NCBI GenBank assembly: GCA_907165135.1
Contig: OU015567.1
Location: forward strand, 3,968,001 to 4,032,000
Direction of reading: 5' to 3'
Length of the DNA: 64,000 nucleotides
Source: Oikopleura dioica
Taxonomy: Eukaryota > Animalia > Chordata
The notes beneath the pieces are model-generated. The model was not told the DNA's origin. It ran no database searches and saw only the letters and a list, made by a program, of their open reading frames with translations. Below, one piece after another: positions 47,401 through 60,167 of this stretch. The position numbers and the translations under genes were made by a program. Every line of letters begins with the position of its first letter. Within the stretch, counting starts at the first letter, position 1.

Positions 47401-48113
47401 GCACCGATGGAAAAATAGGCATAGGGACTGGTGAGAAAATAGGATTTGTTGAAACTGTTGAAGAAGGTGATAAGGTTGTGCTTGATGACGATGATGACGT
47501 TCCGGTATTTTCGCAAAGATTTCCGTAAAAGCCATCTGTGCACTGACATGTAAATGAGCCATTTTTCAATGTACACGTTGCTCCATTTTCGCAAGGCAGC
47601 GAGTCACAAGGCGTTATTGCGCATCTGTATCCGGAAAAACCAGCCATACAGGAACACTCATACGTAGCGTCACAAGAACAGGCTGTTATACAATCTTAAA
47701 ACGGAATTGTTTTGTAATATTTCTTTATTTTGAACCTTCATGTTGATCATCGCAAATGGTGAGGCAATATTCAGTCTCGCATTTTAGCCAACACTTTGAT
47801 TTCTCATTTTTACAAAAGCTCATACATTCTGTAAGGGTACAGTCTTCGTATTTTAAGGAGCAAGTGCCATCATACAGGCATGGATTAGGATTGCAAGGGC
47901 TGATTTCTGGCTCAGAAGTCGTCGTTGATGAGGGAGTTGTTTTAAGATTGTTCTTTTTTTGGTCGATTTTTCGATAAATAAAAGGAAATCCAACAGCAAT
48001 AACAGTAAGAATTATCGTTACTAAAAGAAATTTTATGTCTTGATTTCATTTTTCAAGATAAAAAGATATTGGAAACCTGTTGTAAAAGAGATAACAAGCT
48101 TTTGATGCCTCAT
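44494..48113 (-). CDS. N-terminally anchored EGF-array protein with Ser/Thr mucin stalk (copy A)
   Basis: MRHQKLVISFTT, LVTIILTVIAVGFPFIY, two or three EGFs, S/T-rich exons 46470-47500, then a long EGF exon ending CNEKNCNNG*. Confidence 0.85.
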
Positions 48114-48596
48114 TTATTCAATTAACCCTGATTTTCCTCTCTTTTTCATCGTTGTCTCCAAAAAAATATTTCTCGAAAAAGAGTGTTTTATCAAGCAGCA
48201 AATCCTGTCACTTTGTTTATGATATTCTTCCGATTGATATGTTTGATCATTTTGCTGCATAGAAGACGACCCTGGAACTTGCGCTTATCTCAGGGATATC
48301 TTAGTTTATTTATGATTATTTCGAGATTGTTCAAATAAAGACTAATTTTTCTGCGTTCTTTTTTGAACCAGAAAAAATGATGACCTGGTGATCTTCAAAA
48401 CAGAGGTTTTCCGATATGCTGTTGATCTTCAGAGCAAATTATTCTGATTTATCATCAAAATAAGATTTGATAGTTTACTTTATTTTTTCTGGAAAAAAAA
48501 TCAACAAAGAAAACTTGATTTTTAAATATTTTATTTTCTTGAAAATATCGCAGGCTCAAAATATGAGTAAAGAACTTAGACAGTTAAAAAATCTGT

Positions 48597-48770
48597 TCAA
48601 ACATTCACAATATTGGAGTAGTAAATTGTTCTCGGGCGGTAATGTCCAGAGAATCGTGGCTGGTTAGCAACAACTCGGTTGTATCGGTCTCCAGAGTAAA
48701 ATCGTCGACCGGAAATGAATCGGGCTGAGCAGATCTGAGCGAGAATGGCGAGGATGAAGAGAAAGTTCAT
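48597..48770 (-). CDS. Small secreted Arg/Tyr-rich peptide, copy 1 (57 aa)
   Basis: Translated by hand: MNFLFILAILAQICSA-RFISGRRFYSGDRYNRVVANQPRFSGHYRPRTIYYSNIVNV*. The paralog at 49965-50132 conserves frame, start and stop. Confidence 0.85.
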   Translation of the reverse strand: MNFLFILAILAQICSARFISGRRFYSGDRYNRVVANQPRFSGHYRPRTIYYSNIVNV

Positions 48771-48968
48771 TTTGTTATTTTTTAGATAATTTGTCTTTTT
48801 TTATCAAGATGAGGATTGAGAGGCGAAGACGCGCTTATATATTTTCAAAAGAAGCACTGATTCGTGGTAGAAGGGAGCCATCCTCCTTGATTTAGGAGTC
48901 TTTGAGTTTCCATTCTTGATTTCGTAGCACGAAATGACGCCGAAAGAACATCATCGAACGTAGAGAGG

Positions 48969-49078
48969 GGTTATCATTCGAGCCTTTGATTCGAGCCATC
49001 CAATATCTCTAGAATCAAGGGTAGTGGTTAGGGTTAGGGACTTGGAACTCTCAAGGGGCCTTCGCTCGAATGATAACC
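48969..49078. repeat. Short inverted repeat enclosing telomere-like GGTTAGGGTTAGGG
   Basis: 15-bp perfect IR GGTTATCATTCGAGC / GCTCGAATGATAACC. Confidence 0.6.
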
Positions 49079-49299
49079 TTTTACTACCCCATCGAATTTA
49101 GAGCAAATTACTGTAGTTATTAATACCATTTTTTCCTTTGATACTATCAAATTGATACTGTGGATAGAGTTCCAGATGATCGAGGGACAAATTAGCTGAT
49201 ATCTTCACAAAAGTTTTCTTATTGCTTTTTTATTGTTCAAAAATTCCGAAAAACTGTCACGGTGAAATCTGACGATTTTTGAGCTTCTTCGCCAGCGAG

Positions 49300-49604
49300 G
49301 AGGCTTGCAATTAGTCTGGCACGCCTTGTTTTGAAGTCTAAAAAACATGTTCTAGAGATTTTTTAAGGAAAATAGAGGCTCGAAGGTAGAGAAAGTTGGC
49401 CACTTTCCCAAATGAATTTCTCTATAAAATCAGGCGCGGAGCGCATCCTAGGCCCAAGGATGCTTAGTTCAGAAGAAAAAATTATTTTTCCCGAAATAAA
49501 GTTGAGTTCTGGCCATTAGAAATTTCTAAGGAATTTTGCGAAAAATCTCTAGAACGTGTTTTTGAGACTTCAAAACAAGGCGTGCCAGACTAATTGCATA
49601 CTTC
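49300..49604. mobile_element. MITE, possibly Mutator-type
   Basis: About 60-bp inner inverted repeats, GA..TC ends, 10-bp flanking direct repeat CGCCAGCGAG (49290-49299 / 49605-49614). Confidence 0.65.
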
Positions 49605-49964
49605 CGCCAGCGAGCTGCTTTTCGAAGTTCAGTGTTACAAAAATTCGATTCTAGCGATTAACTTCCAAGAAGACAGGTCGCTGTCAAAATTTCAGCAGCA
49701 AAATATTTTTCTCATTCCATCTTAGCGTCAAATCTTTATTCATCGGAGCTTTTGTTATTTTTTGAAGTTCATTTTTCAATCTTTATCAAGAAAAAAAAAC
49801 AAGGTACATGCTCCTGAGCTGCTTTTTGCTGATAGCTTTTGTTTTTATCATTGAGTAAAGAAGTCTGCATGACAAAAAAAGCAAAAAATGTTTTTTTTGG
49901 TTTCATTTTTATTACTATGGATTCTTAGCAATGCCGAAATCTGAAGCAGAGAAAAAGTGACGAT

Positions 49965-50132
49965 TCAGACATTGACGATTGTTGGGTAGTAGATTCGGTT
50001 GTAGTAGTGTCCTGAAAATCGAGGCTTGTCGGCGAAAACTCGGTTGTAGCGAGCTCCATCAAATCTTCGGCCGGAAATGAATCGGGCTGAGCAGAGTTGA
50101 GCGACAATGACGAGGAAGAGGAGGAAGTTCAT
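49965..50132 (-). CDS. Small secreted Arg/Tyr-rich peptide, copy 2 (55 aa)
   Basis: Translated by hand: MNFLLFLVIVAQLCSA-RFISGRRFDGARYNRVFADKPRFSGHYYNRIYYPTIVNV*. Confidence 0.85.
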   Translation of the reverse strand: MNFLLFLVIVAQLCSARFISGRRFDGARYNRVFADKPRFSGHYYNRIYYPTIVNV

Positions 50133-50961
50133 TTTCTTGAGTTTGAAATAGAGGTTTTTTTTATTATTTATATTATTGGTCTTTTTAGAAAGATGAAGAA
50201 TTGGGGAGAGGAGGTGATTTTATATTTCTTGCCGAAGCACTGATTTTCGCGTACAAAGGACATTTCCTCCTTCGTCGATCAGTCCCCAGTCTTGATTCTT
50301 TGCGAAACGGAATCCCTTGACTCAGATTTAATTTATTCATTTTTTGGTCTAGTCGATGTCTTGTTGTTACGAATAGATCAAAGGCAGATTCTTCTTGCAA
50401 ATGAGGATGAGAATTTTGATGAAGAAAATTCTCCCTCATTATTGATGAAAACTATTGTTGAAACTGCTCGAGGCAATGTTTCCAATTCTTTATCGCCGAA
50501 AGCTTTCTGTTAGTGAATAAAGTCCGTGTTATGTGTTATCACCAAAAACACTTAAAATGCGAAACTCGCGAACCCTCCGACCGTGCCCGCGAGCGCCCCC
50601 CTTGATTAGGTAAAGTAATGCCGTGTGTAGCCTTCGACTTTTTTTGGTGCTCTCACGATCGCTAAATTCGGAGATATAATAACTAGTTCAACAAAAAGCT
50701 CATTAAAATCAGGGCATTTTTTTATTTAATAGATGCAGAAGATAGAAAAGTAAAAAGAGACTTTGAAGAAACAAGAAAAATGATAAAGAGATCCATCTTT
50801 GTCGAGTTTTTGACGGCGCTGGCGATAGGGTAAGTCGACCTGGAACTTATGCAATCTGTAGACATTTTTTTACGATAAAGTCGGTCGATTTTCTGACCTG
50901 AGTCGAAGTATTTTTTACGCATTTGATGATTTTTCCATCAAAATTCATCTTTTGTTTAGAT

Positions 50962-53900
50962 ATGTTGTCGGTCAAATTCTCTCATTCACGCTTCTCAAAG
51001 ATGCTACTTGTTTAACAAGGCAAGGATTTATTATTTTTTTAAGATTTTATTTATTATATTATGAGAATTTTTTATGTATCTTATTCTCATGCTCTTAATA
51101 AATATATATTTTCTCTAAAAATAAAAATCCTTTGAAACAGTCGTTTTCTTTCCTCCGAGCCCTTAGGCGACGCTTCCCGCCTGCCTGTAATTGGCGAAGA
51201 AGTCAAGAACTCCAGTGCAAGTGGCGCGGGGTCAAATTCCAAATCTGACCATGTGAAGCAAAAAGTTCACAAGCGCCCGAAACGAAGAATTTTCATCGCC
51301 ATTCATTCCACCCCAGAATATCTCAAAACCCGAGGCCAGGCAATTAAAGACAGTTGGTTGCAAGAAATAGACGAAAGAATCGCAACTGTAAGATTTATTT
51401 CTGCCCCCTTGGAGGGCTTCCCGACTTTTACACTGCCAGATGTGAACGATTACGATTACCCGCCCCAGAAGAAGTCTTTCAAGGATCAGGGATAAAATTC
51501 AGAAGGAAAGAAAACCGCTTTCCGGGTCGATTTAATGTTGAGAAAAATAACCCTAACCCTAACCCTAACCTAACCCTAACCTAACCCTAACCCTAACTGC
51601 TGTTTTTAAATCCTCATAAAAACGGCGCTTCTGATTGTAAGACGGCTTTTGTAAACCCGCAATCTTGTTTCTCTCCTGACAAGATTATCGTTCCGGCAGA
51701 TCTCAGATTCCTGTCGAAATTTTTCAAATCTGAGAGGCGCAAATGACAGTCCAATTATCCAAAGTTTCCACTTGCGCAAAGCCTAAAATTGCCAAAATAT
51801 CAAGTTTTCTGCGTACGAAAGGTTAACCCTGTATGAATCATATCTCATCCCTTACCAAGCTCTTGGCGTATTTCGCAAGCATTGCTGATAAATACGATTG
51901 GTTCATCAGAGTCGATGATGATTTGCACATGCAGTTTGATCACTTGATAAAGTTTTTGTCGAAACTGGATCCGGACGAGCCGCACTACATTGGAGGAACT
52001 GGATTCGGAAGAGATGCAGATGATTACATTCCTCATGGCACGGCGTTTTGCATGGGCGGTAGTGGGGTTTTATTTTCCCATGCGCTTATTACGAAGCTAA
52101 GGCCGTATTTGACCACCTGCATTAAGGTAATTGAAAGCTAGGATCGACAAGCCCCACCCGACACCCGATCGAAAACCGACGTTTTTGTCGGGTTTTTGTT
52201 GGATTCAATTTATTTGATTTAACTTCAGTGTTGTGAAAACCCGACGAGAACCCGACAAAGACCCGATAAAAACCCGAAAAATACCCGACAAAAACCCGAA
52301 AAAAATCCTACAAAAACCCGATAAAAAACCCGACAAAAACCCGACAAAAACCCGATCGGAAAAATCAGAGCTCAAGAAAATCCGATGAAAACCCGATCCG
52401 GATTTCGGGGGCATTTGTCGATCCTAGATTGAAAGCTTTAAAAATATTGAATTAAATGGCTTCTTGTTAAAATATGCCCAAAAAAGCCTCTCAAACTTAG
52501 AAAAAAGCTTGCTGAAATACTGTTTTTTACTCAAATTCCTTATCTTTTGCCGGGGACGCACAAAGAAATGCTGATAGCATTCTTGCTCCCATTATGGCTC
52601 GGGGCCAAAATTAGGACTTTCCCAAAATACTTGTTTTGGGTGAAAGGGAATGAAAAGCGCGTCCTGAGAAGCGGGCGCGCCGCTGTTATCTAGACAAGTT
52701 GTCCCACCGCACATTTGTACCTAGCGATGTCCCGATTAAGGGTCGCTGCGGTGGATAATTTTCGGAATAGAATAATATTATATGAGGGAGATAGTGTTTT
52801 CACAACGATTCGATGCGCTCGTCTTTCCAAATTTGAAGAAATTCTGAAATGTCAGTGTATGAAATTGAACCCTTCGAATTTGAATAATTCGAAATTCTGA
52901 CAGCTGTGACATTTATTTGAGACCTAATTACAGCTCTAGAATTTAATGACCGAGCATGAAGACGTCGAAGTCGGCCGCTGCATTTGGACCCACCTGAACA
53001 TCGACTGTACTAAATCCTATGAAACGAATGAGCTCCTCCATCAAAATTGGAAGAGCCATGTGGCGGCGGGAGAAATTGGATACAAAAATGACATTGACGC
53101 GGAACTGGATCTCGACGAAAAAGTGCTTCATAGCTCGATTACGCTTCATGCAATTAAAAATCCAGTCTCGCAGATAAGGGTCAGAATGAGGATTTTGCGA
53201 CACAGGAATGGTTTCGTTATTGAAAAATATGGTCAACAAGAAAACCATAATATCGACTTTAATGATTGTGTACATAATTTTTTTAGATTGGCAACCATTG
53301 AATATAAACCATCAGTCCATATGACTAATCGATTCCAATCTTTATGATATTGAACAAGTGTTGAGCAGCAAACGAAACCAAAAAAGGGCAAAACAATTAT
53401 ACGGACGAACTCAGTCGATACGTGAGCATATGCGAGATCTCGGCTCTATACGTATCAAATCTAACTTCGAAAGAAAAAGTTTAGACGGCTGCATTTGGTC
53501 ATTTATTCACAATCTCGAAACACGATGGACCGTAACTGATTTTACTCTTGGCCCGATTCCGCATTTTCAAGTTCATAAGCCCTGGCTGGGCATGTTGAAC
53601 AATATCCACGAGGAATACAAGCACATGTTACTGAGCCATCAACTCTATCAATGTATCAATTCGTGAGTCCATTTAAAAAGGCTTGATAATAATTTTTTTT
53701 AGAGACAGAATCGCGTTTCTCCGCTCCCGATCATACAAAAACCAATGGGAACCGCAACTATTCTCTCGAAAATTCTCCGACTCAGTTTTCGTCCACGAGC
53801 AAATGCTCCTCCATGATCTCGTCCGACAAGATCCACGAACAGTCACTTTTATCGTCCCCCTCTTTGGTCGTCTAGACAACTTCAAGCGCTTCGCCGGCGT

Positions 53901-54992
53901 CTACGGACAAATTCTCGAAACGGATCAAAATGTTAATCTCATCGTCTCGCTGTCTGGGGAAGAAAGTGAACGGGATGATATAACACACATCCTGAGGGAC
54001 ACAGTCGGTGCGGAAAACATGGTGGACAAGACAATGGTGGTCTTCTGCGACATTCCGTTTCGGAAAGCGAATTGCCTTCAAAACGCAATCAACGAGCTAG
54101 GAATCGGGTCGAGGAAATCGTTGTTGATTCCGAGCCAAGTGCGTCAATCGCATTGTTGTAGGAATCAGGAGCGCATGACTCATTTCAAATTTGAAAATCG
54201 TCGCTGATCTTTTGGTTCTTATTTTTTATAGTATTGGTATGATAATAATGACGCCTGGAAAAATAAGAAAAAGAAATACTTATTTTTTCGATTTCTCGTC
54301 TTTTGAAGCACTTGAAAATTTGCCGGGCTAAATTTTGAGCACCTTTGTTATGGTCTTCAAAATTTTAGAATGATAGAAGGCCTAACCCGATAAAAGGAGA
54401 TGATGATTTGTTCTTCGTCTACGATGTTGATCTAGTCGTCGATGTCGAATTCATCGAGAGGATAAGAAACATCGCCCAGAGTCATGTTTACTTCCCAGTG
54501 ATTACGAGCCAGTATGAAATTGCCAAGGAGAAGGAGCCAAAGATATCTGGAAACGATGGCTTCTGGAGAGAATGGGGCGTCGGACCAGTTGCGATGACAA
54601 AGGAACGGGCTGTATTTTGATCATGAATTTTCCATATTTTGGAATCACGAAAGAGAATATCATCAAATTTCGTTGATCAATCTAAAAGCCTATGGAAACA
54701 GCAACTGTACAACCAAACTGCCGGCTACAATCAAACAATTTCCGGCTGGGGCAACGAAGACACCGAGTTATACGAAAGCGTCATCGAGCGGAGACTCCCA
54801 TTCATCCGCGCTCGTGACGAAGGCATCTTTCATCCCTGGCACGACAAGAACTGCCATGGACTCTCGAAGGAAACAGGGCAGTACCGTGCCTGTGTCAATG
54901 TCAAGAAGGATCATGTCATGGGAATAATGGATCTGGCGAAGAGATATTTGAAAAATGAAAGCACTCTTTCTTTCTTAGAACTTGATGAATAA
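50962..54992 (+). CDS. CHSY: Chondroitin sulfate synthase (CHSY-like); 5' exons approximate
   Basis: DYDYPPQKKSFK, YDWFIRVDDD, FCMGGSGV, TEHEDVEVGRC, FVYDVD, WREWGVG, GWGNEDTELY, IFHPWH. Confidence 0.92.
51548..51597. repeat. Interstitial telomere-type (TAACCC)n tract in a CHSY intron
   Basis: About 8.5 imperfect hexamer units. Confidence 0.9.
52138..52427. mobile_element. hAT-like MITE in a CHSY intron
   Basis: TIR CTAGGATCGACAA, 8-bp TSD ATTGAAAG (52130-52137 / 52428-52435), internal AAAAACCCGAC subrepeats. Confidence 0.8.
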
Positions 54993-55677
54993 ATTATTGA
55001 CACGGTGCTAGTTTGAAGCATAGATTTTAGTTTTGGAGGTGGAAAACGATACTAAAGAAGACTGAGCATGGTTTCCTTTGAATGTAAAAAAAAGTCTGCA
55101 GAATTATTTCCAGTCGTTTCCGTTTCATTCCAGCCAAACCAGTCGTCTGGGAAAGAGACTTTCTTGTCGAAAAATGCCTCTCCTTTTCCGCACATTCACC
55201 AGGAGAAAAACAGGGAGAAAAAAGCACTGGATTTTACGGATTTCGAATGTCTATGTCACTTGCTTGCGCAAGCATCCCCCAACTTTCGTTCTCTACTCTT
55301 CCTTTGGACAGAAAAACAAATTCCGGAAAGCTTGAGAAACGTCTCAATGCCAAGACTGCTTCAAAATAGCAAAGCGCAATGCTGTTTATTAAGCCAATTT
55401 TGATTTGATAATGATGAACGAATTAACCATTTTTTCAGTTTTCAGAAGTCAGAAGGTCAGAAACTAGTTGTCATCCTGACTCCCCGTTGTGCGTCTTTTC
55501 TTCTCGGCAAGCGTATCGCTAAGTAGACGTCCCAACGGGCCCCACTTTAGAAATTTATCAGGAAATAATTACTCCCCGCTTTCCAGAGCTTTTATGAGGC
55601 CCAGGAGGACAGATTCCCGCTCAGCTGAGATTTTCGTCTTCTGAATGATCAGTCGCTTATTTTTCAAAGAGAAGAAA

Positions 55678-56744
55678 ATGCTCGTTTTTGGCCTCTTTTC
55701 GATTTTTACTTTTGGAGTTACTAAAGGAGAAGTAGAGATTGAAAAATTTCTTAATTTTTCGAGCTCGTCGGAGAGCTCTGAGGATTATTCGGAGGTTTCT
55801 GATGCTTCTAGCGAAAGTTCAAGTGATGAACCAGAGGAAAAAGGTAGGCTTTGAGCTCCAGAGATAGATTTTGGACATGTTTTTTAAGGAATCCGGCCGG
55901 ATAAGACTTCTGATGACGAAACAATAATCGTCAAGTCAGGATATTGCCGAAAATGCGAGCGCTACGGGGGCGTTTGTATTGAAGACAATGTCGATTCATC
56001 TTTTGACAGCGCTTCGGATGATGAAGATCAGGCAAAGAGGATGATCTGTTCGTGCAAGTTCATGGACTGCGACCCGGAGTTTCTCGACGAGGCTGTTTCC
56101 CGACCTGTTTGCGATCAGGAATGGATCATTCAAGAGCTTTTTGTAGGAAAGGACATGAAAAGAATGAAATTTGATCAGAAAATGATCTCATGAAAGAATC
56201 GAGTAAAATACGAGTCATTGTGTCTTTTCAAACTCACTCGTTGTACGAAACAAGAAAATCTCAAGCAAACTCCTTGCAGAGGAAAACCAGCTAGAATCGT
56301 TGTTTACTCAAAGGTACATTTCTTTTTCATTATGTAAAATAGCATTTTTTGAAGACTGATGAAGACTACATTTCTTCCTACTCTGAAAACCCGCTGGATT
56401 TTTACGAAACAGAAGATTACGAAGAAGTGATTCTTCCAAAACCAACATCAACCAAGTCGACAACTACCACTCAAAAATCCTCAACAATCGAAGCTGAAAT
56501 TTTGACAACAAAAGAAGTCGATCCTGGAATTTCGGAAAAAGACAGAACAACGGCTTTGATCATCGGAATCGTCGAAGGACTTGCATTTGTAACACTCGTT
56601 GCTGTTCTTACAGTCAGGTATTATTGGTCCTTTTTTGCTGTTATAATCATAATTTTGAGCTGTTATCTCGCCCAACAAGCGAAAATAAATCGCCATGAGC
56701 CGCTTGATTCTGTCGAAACTGCACCACTTACTCAGGTTCGTTGA
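55678..56744 (+). CDS. Type I membrane protein with follistatin/Kazal-like domain
   Basis: Signal MLVFGLFSIFTFGVTKG, acidic Ser tract, CERYGGVC..CSC..C..RPVC..YESLC..RC..C, Thr-rich stalk, TM ALIIGIVEGLAFVTLVAVL. Confidence 0.65.
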
Positions 56745-57526
56745 CAATTCAGGGCCCTTCTCTTGACAAGAAACAGTTCCTTTACAATCAATTCTAGCCT
56801 GACAAGAAGCTGACAAAAATCTCAACAATTGATTCCTCCATTTGATTCTCTCAAAATGCCTGTACTGAAAAATCCTCGTTAAAACTGACAAATAAAGATT
56901 TTCATGTATTTTCGTGATTTATTATTTTTGATGAAGAAAAACGGCAAGATTACAAATTTTGAATCGAAAAAGAAGTGAAGATTTGATAGCTTTTTAGGCA
57001 GTTAAATAAGAAGAAACATCGACATAATTTTTCAATGAAGTGAAAATCCTTCGTCGATTACAGGTGCGGTCCCTGTAGTAGACCCGTCCGCAAAGTGGAT
57101 TTTCTGATGAGGTTTTGGTCGGAACAAGTACTCGTGATATTTTTCCTCGGCTGTCTGTGGCTGTGGTCTTAAAATTCAAAATTACAGTAGCTGTCTAAAT
57201 CAATCGGAAAAGAAAAAATCATGCTTGTAAGAGAGGCTCTGTAACAAAAGCTTTTAAGAGCTTCTGTATCGATTGTGGACAGTCCATTATGCTTAAAATA
57301 ATAAAGAGCTTTTCCTTGCGTAAACTAAGACTGGAGAAATTATATTAATTAATCACGAGCAGGAAAGACGTTTCGCATATCGAAATGTAAGAGAGTCAGA
57401 GTGATCGTTATTTTTCAAGATTTTCGAAGGACTTTTCTGATCGTTTCAGAAAAAAGAGGCGCTGTTCATTTGGATTTATCACCTAACTGTAAAATCAAAA
57501 CTCGCTGTTTTTTTAACAAGGCTTAA

Positions 57527-58279
57527 GGATATAGCCTGTAAAATTCAACTTTCGTAGCGGCTAAACGCGAGGTCGGATCTTTTCATTTCAAGTACAATCC
57601 TACCTAAAAATGGACGGAGAATTCAATTTGAGTACTTTTTTAAAAATTTTTACTTGAATTTTTCTCTCTAGAGCGATTTGAAATCTTACGATCGCGATTC
57701 CTCAAAAATTTTTCACTAAATCGGTCGAGTTTTTTCGATAGATAGGTTCTTTAGACCTTTATCTACAAAATTGACGGTTTAGTTTTCTCTAAGTCCGAAA
57801 GAAACCGATTTTACAGCCATTTCCATGAGGCTAACTCAGCGAGCAGAAGCTATGAAAAGCGCTGCGCTCGGTGCTCGCTCTCTCGCCTCCTCTTTTCCGG
57901 GAGAGCGTGCGTGTTTTTGCGAGCGCTCTGATTGGCTACACGCGATAAAGCGCGCAGGGAAGAAAAGCAAGAGCAAGAAAGAGGAGAATACTAGAATGAA
58001 AATTTGACCGAGTTTGAGAATTTTTTTCCCTCAATTTTCTAGCTTAGCATCATGAAAACAGAGAACACGGTTCAGTTTTAGCAAATTAGTGGAAAAATTT
58101 TGAGAAATCGCGATCGTAAGATTTCAAGTCGCTCTAGAGAGAAAAATTTAGGTGAAAATTTTAAAAAATATACCACAATTGAGTTTTTCGTGCATTTTTA
58201 GGTAGGATTGCTTTTGAAATGAAAAAGATCCGACCTCGCGTTTAGCCGCTACGAAAGTTGAATTTTACAGGCTATATCC
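57527..58279. mobile_element. Second copy of the TTAA/GG-ended element at 21161-21914, inverted
   Basis: Same TIR and TTAA TSD. The internal segment is the reverse complement of copy 1. Confidence 0.88.
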
Positions 58280-58399
58280 TTAAAAAGGATTTACACTCTT
58301 TCTAGATATATTTCAGAAAAAAAAAGAGCAAAAGAATTATTTGAAAATGATTTGCTGAAGCCACGCCGAATTTTGGCTAAAGAGTGATATTGAGAATTT

Positions 58400-58654
58400 A
58401 TGAAGAAAAATGAAGAGGACTTTAATAAAATTATTGGACTCGTGATAGTCTTCCTTGTTTTATTCTTGGTTGGATTTGTTGCGATCAGGAATGCATTGAA
58501 ATTCAAAAATGAAGACAGTATTGACATTGTATACTGTATTGTTGAACATTTTTTCAACGCAAAAAAGTATAGTTCAATTTATTCTGCCTATCTGCTTGAT
58601 TGGATGTCCAGCTCTTATTTATTACTTAAAATCACGCGAATAAATGAAAAATGA
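58400..58654 (+). CDS. Possible small membrane protein
   Basis: 84-aa ORF with one hydrophobic stretch. AT-rich and could be spurious. Confidence 0.25.
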   Translation: MKKNEEDFNKIIGLVIVFLVLFLVGFVAIRNALKFKNEDSIDIVYCIVEHFFNAKKYSSIYSAYLLDWMSSSYLLLKITRINEK

Positions 58655-58931
58655 CATGCTTACTTGATGACTGTTATTTGAGGTCTGTAGTTTGACGACT
58701 GTGGATCGCCAGATAGTTCGGCAGAGTGCAGGTAGATAGGTTGATGTGATGATTTTGTGATGACGCGAATGATAGCTGAAATTGGATTAACTTTCAAAAG
58801 AAAAATAAAAACCATAAAAGATACAAAAATAATTTTTTATAACTATTTTTTAATAATAATTTAATTGAGATTAACACTTGAAACCCAACAAAGATTCTAG
58901 ATTATTCAATAGATAACGTTAAAAAGGTGGC

Positions 58932-60167
58932 CTATTTCAAACTCAACTTACGCTTTTGCTCAGGAGCATGGAGAATCTTCTGCCCATTCTGTTTTGTATG
59001 ATATTGACTCTGATGAAGCATCAATTCTTTTTCACTTCTGAAAAGCCCGAGACAGGTGCTGCAAGAAATTAAATCATCAGACGCTCTCGTAAAAACGGCT
59101 GGGTCGACAGGAGCTGGAGGTTCAGCAACACTCTTTTCATGCACATTCTTTTCGTGCTCCTTGACTTGAGCATGGCTTCGAAATTTCTTGTTGCAAAGTT
59201 TGCACTAGAAAAAGTTTTCGGCTAAAAACGAAAGGGGGCTTTACCTGGGGGACATTTCGCTGAGGTCTTTTCACTGGTTTCGGATGTTCGTCGACCTCTT
59301 CTTCAGAGCCAGAATTCTCGTGACTCTGGTTCGTTTCGTTGTCTTCTTTTTTCGGATCATCAGAGCTCGACTTTGAACACTTTTCCATCTTGAAACGTAT
59401 TTTTGGCACGACTTCTGAATCTCGAATTCCCTCCCTGAAACAGACGATTTTCTATTCGATATTCAGAGCGACTTACTCTTGACTATCAGAACTCATGATC
59501 GGATCGATCTCGACATGATGAATAGCGATTCCATGGACGATGCTCTGTCCAAACTCCTGAAATGTCCGGCCGCAAAGTGGACACGTAAAAGGCTTCTCTC
59601 CTTTGTGGGTGTCTTGATGTTTGGCGAGCTCCTTAGTCGTTTGAAAAATTTCGCCGCAGAAGACGCACTCGAAATCGTCCATTGGAATCATTTTCTTTGA
59701 ATCCACTTCTTTCATTTGTTTCCGAGAGCACATCAATGGTGAAATATCCTTAAAAATAAAAAAAATTCCGACCCTAGAAACCGATTTCTACACGAGAACG
59801 ATCTTAAGGATCTCCCGTTGCTATTTATTTGAGACCGCGATCATTCAAGAAAATTGTATTGGCGAAGTCTACCCTCGAATTTTTTGATGTTAGGCAAAAC
59901 AAAAAAGTAGCGGTTCAATAAAAAAATGAATTATGTTTCTACTAAAAATCCGCTCTTTCAAGCAAGAAAAAGTTCAGAAGAACTTACTTTTCCATGAATT
60001 GAGCTTCCATGATTGACGAGATTATTCATCGACTTTCCCGTGACGCCACATTCCGGACAATACAGCGGTCTCTTCTTACAGTGACGATAATAAATATGCC
60101 GCGCCAAATTGGGCTTTGTCGTCAACTTGAAGCTGCAGATTTCGCAGCTGTACAGACTTTTCTCCAT
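58932..60167 (-). CDS. Multi-C2H2 zinc-finger protein (about six fingers)
   Basis: CEIC..HIYYRH, CPEC..HGSSIH, CVFC..HQDTHKGEKPFTCPLC..H, CKLC..HEKNVH, CSTC..HQSQYH across exons. Confidence 0.8.

Noticed and set aside
38385-48113. Notch, Crumbs or Delta orthology for the EGF genes
   Set aside because: There are no LNR, ankyrin, laminin-G or DSL domains, and no C-terminal TM; the anchor is N-terminal.
51548-51597. Telomere or chromosome end
   Set aside because: It is a short imperfect tract inside an intron with genes on both sides; similar fragments occur at ~35654 and ~49027.
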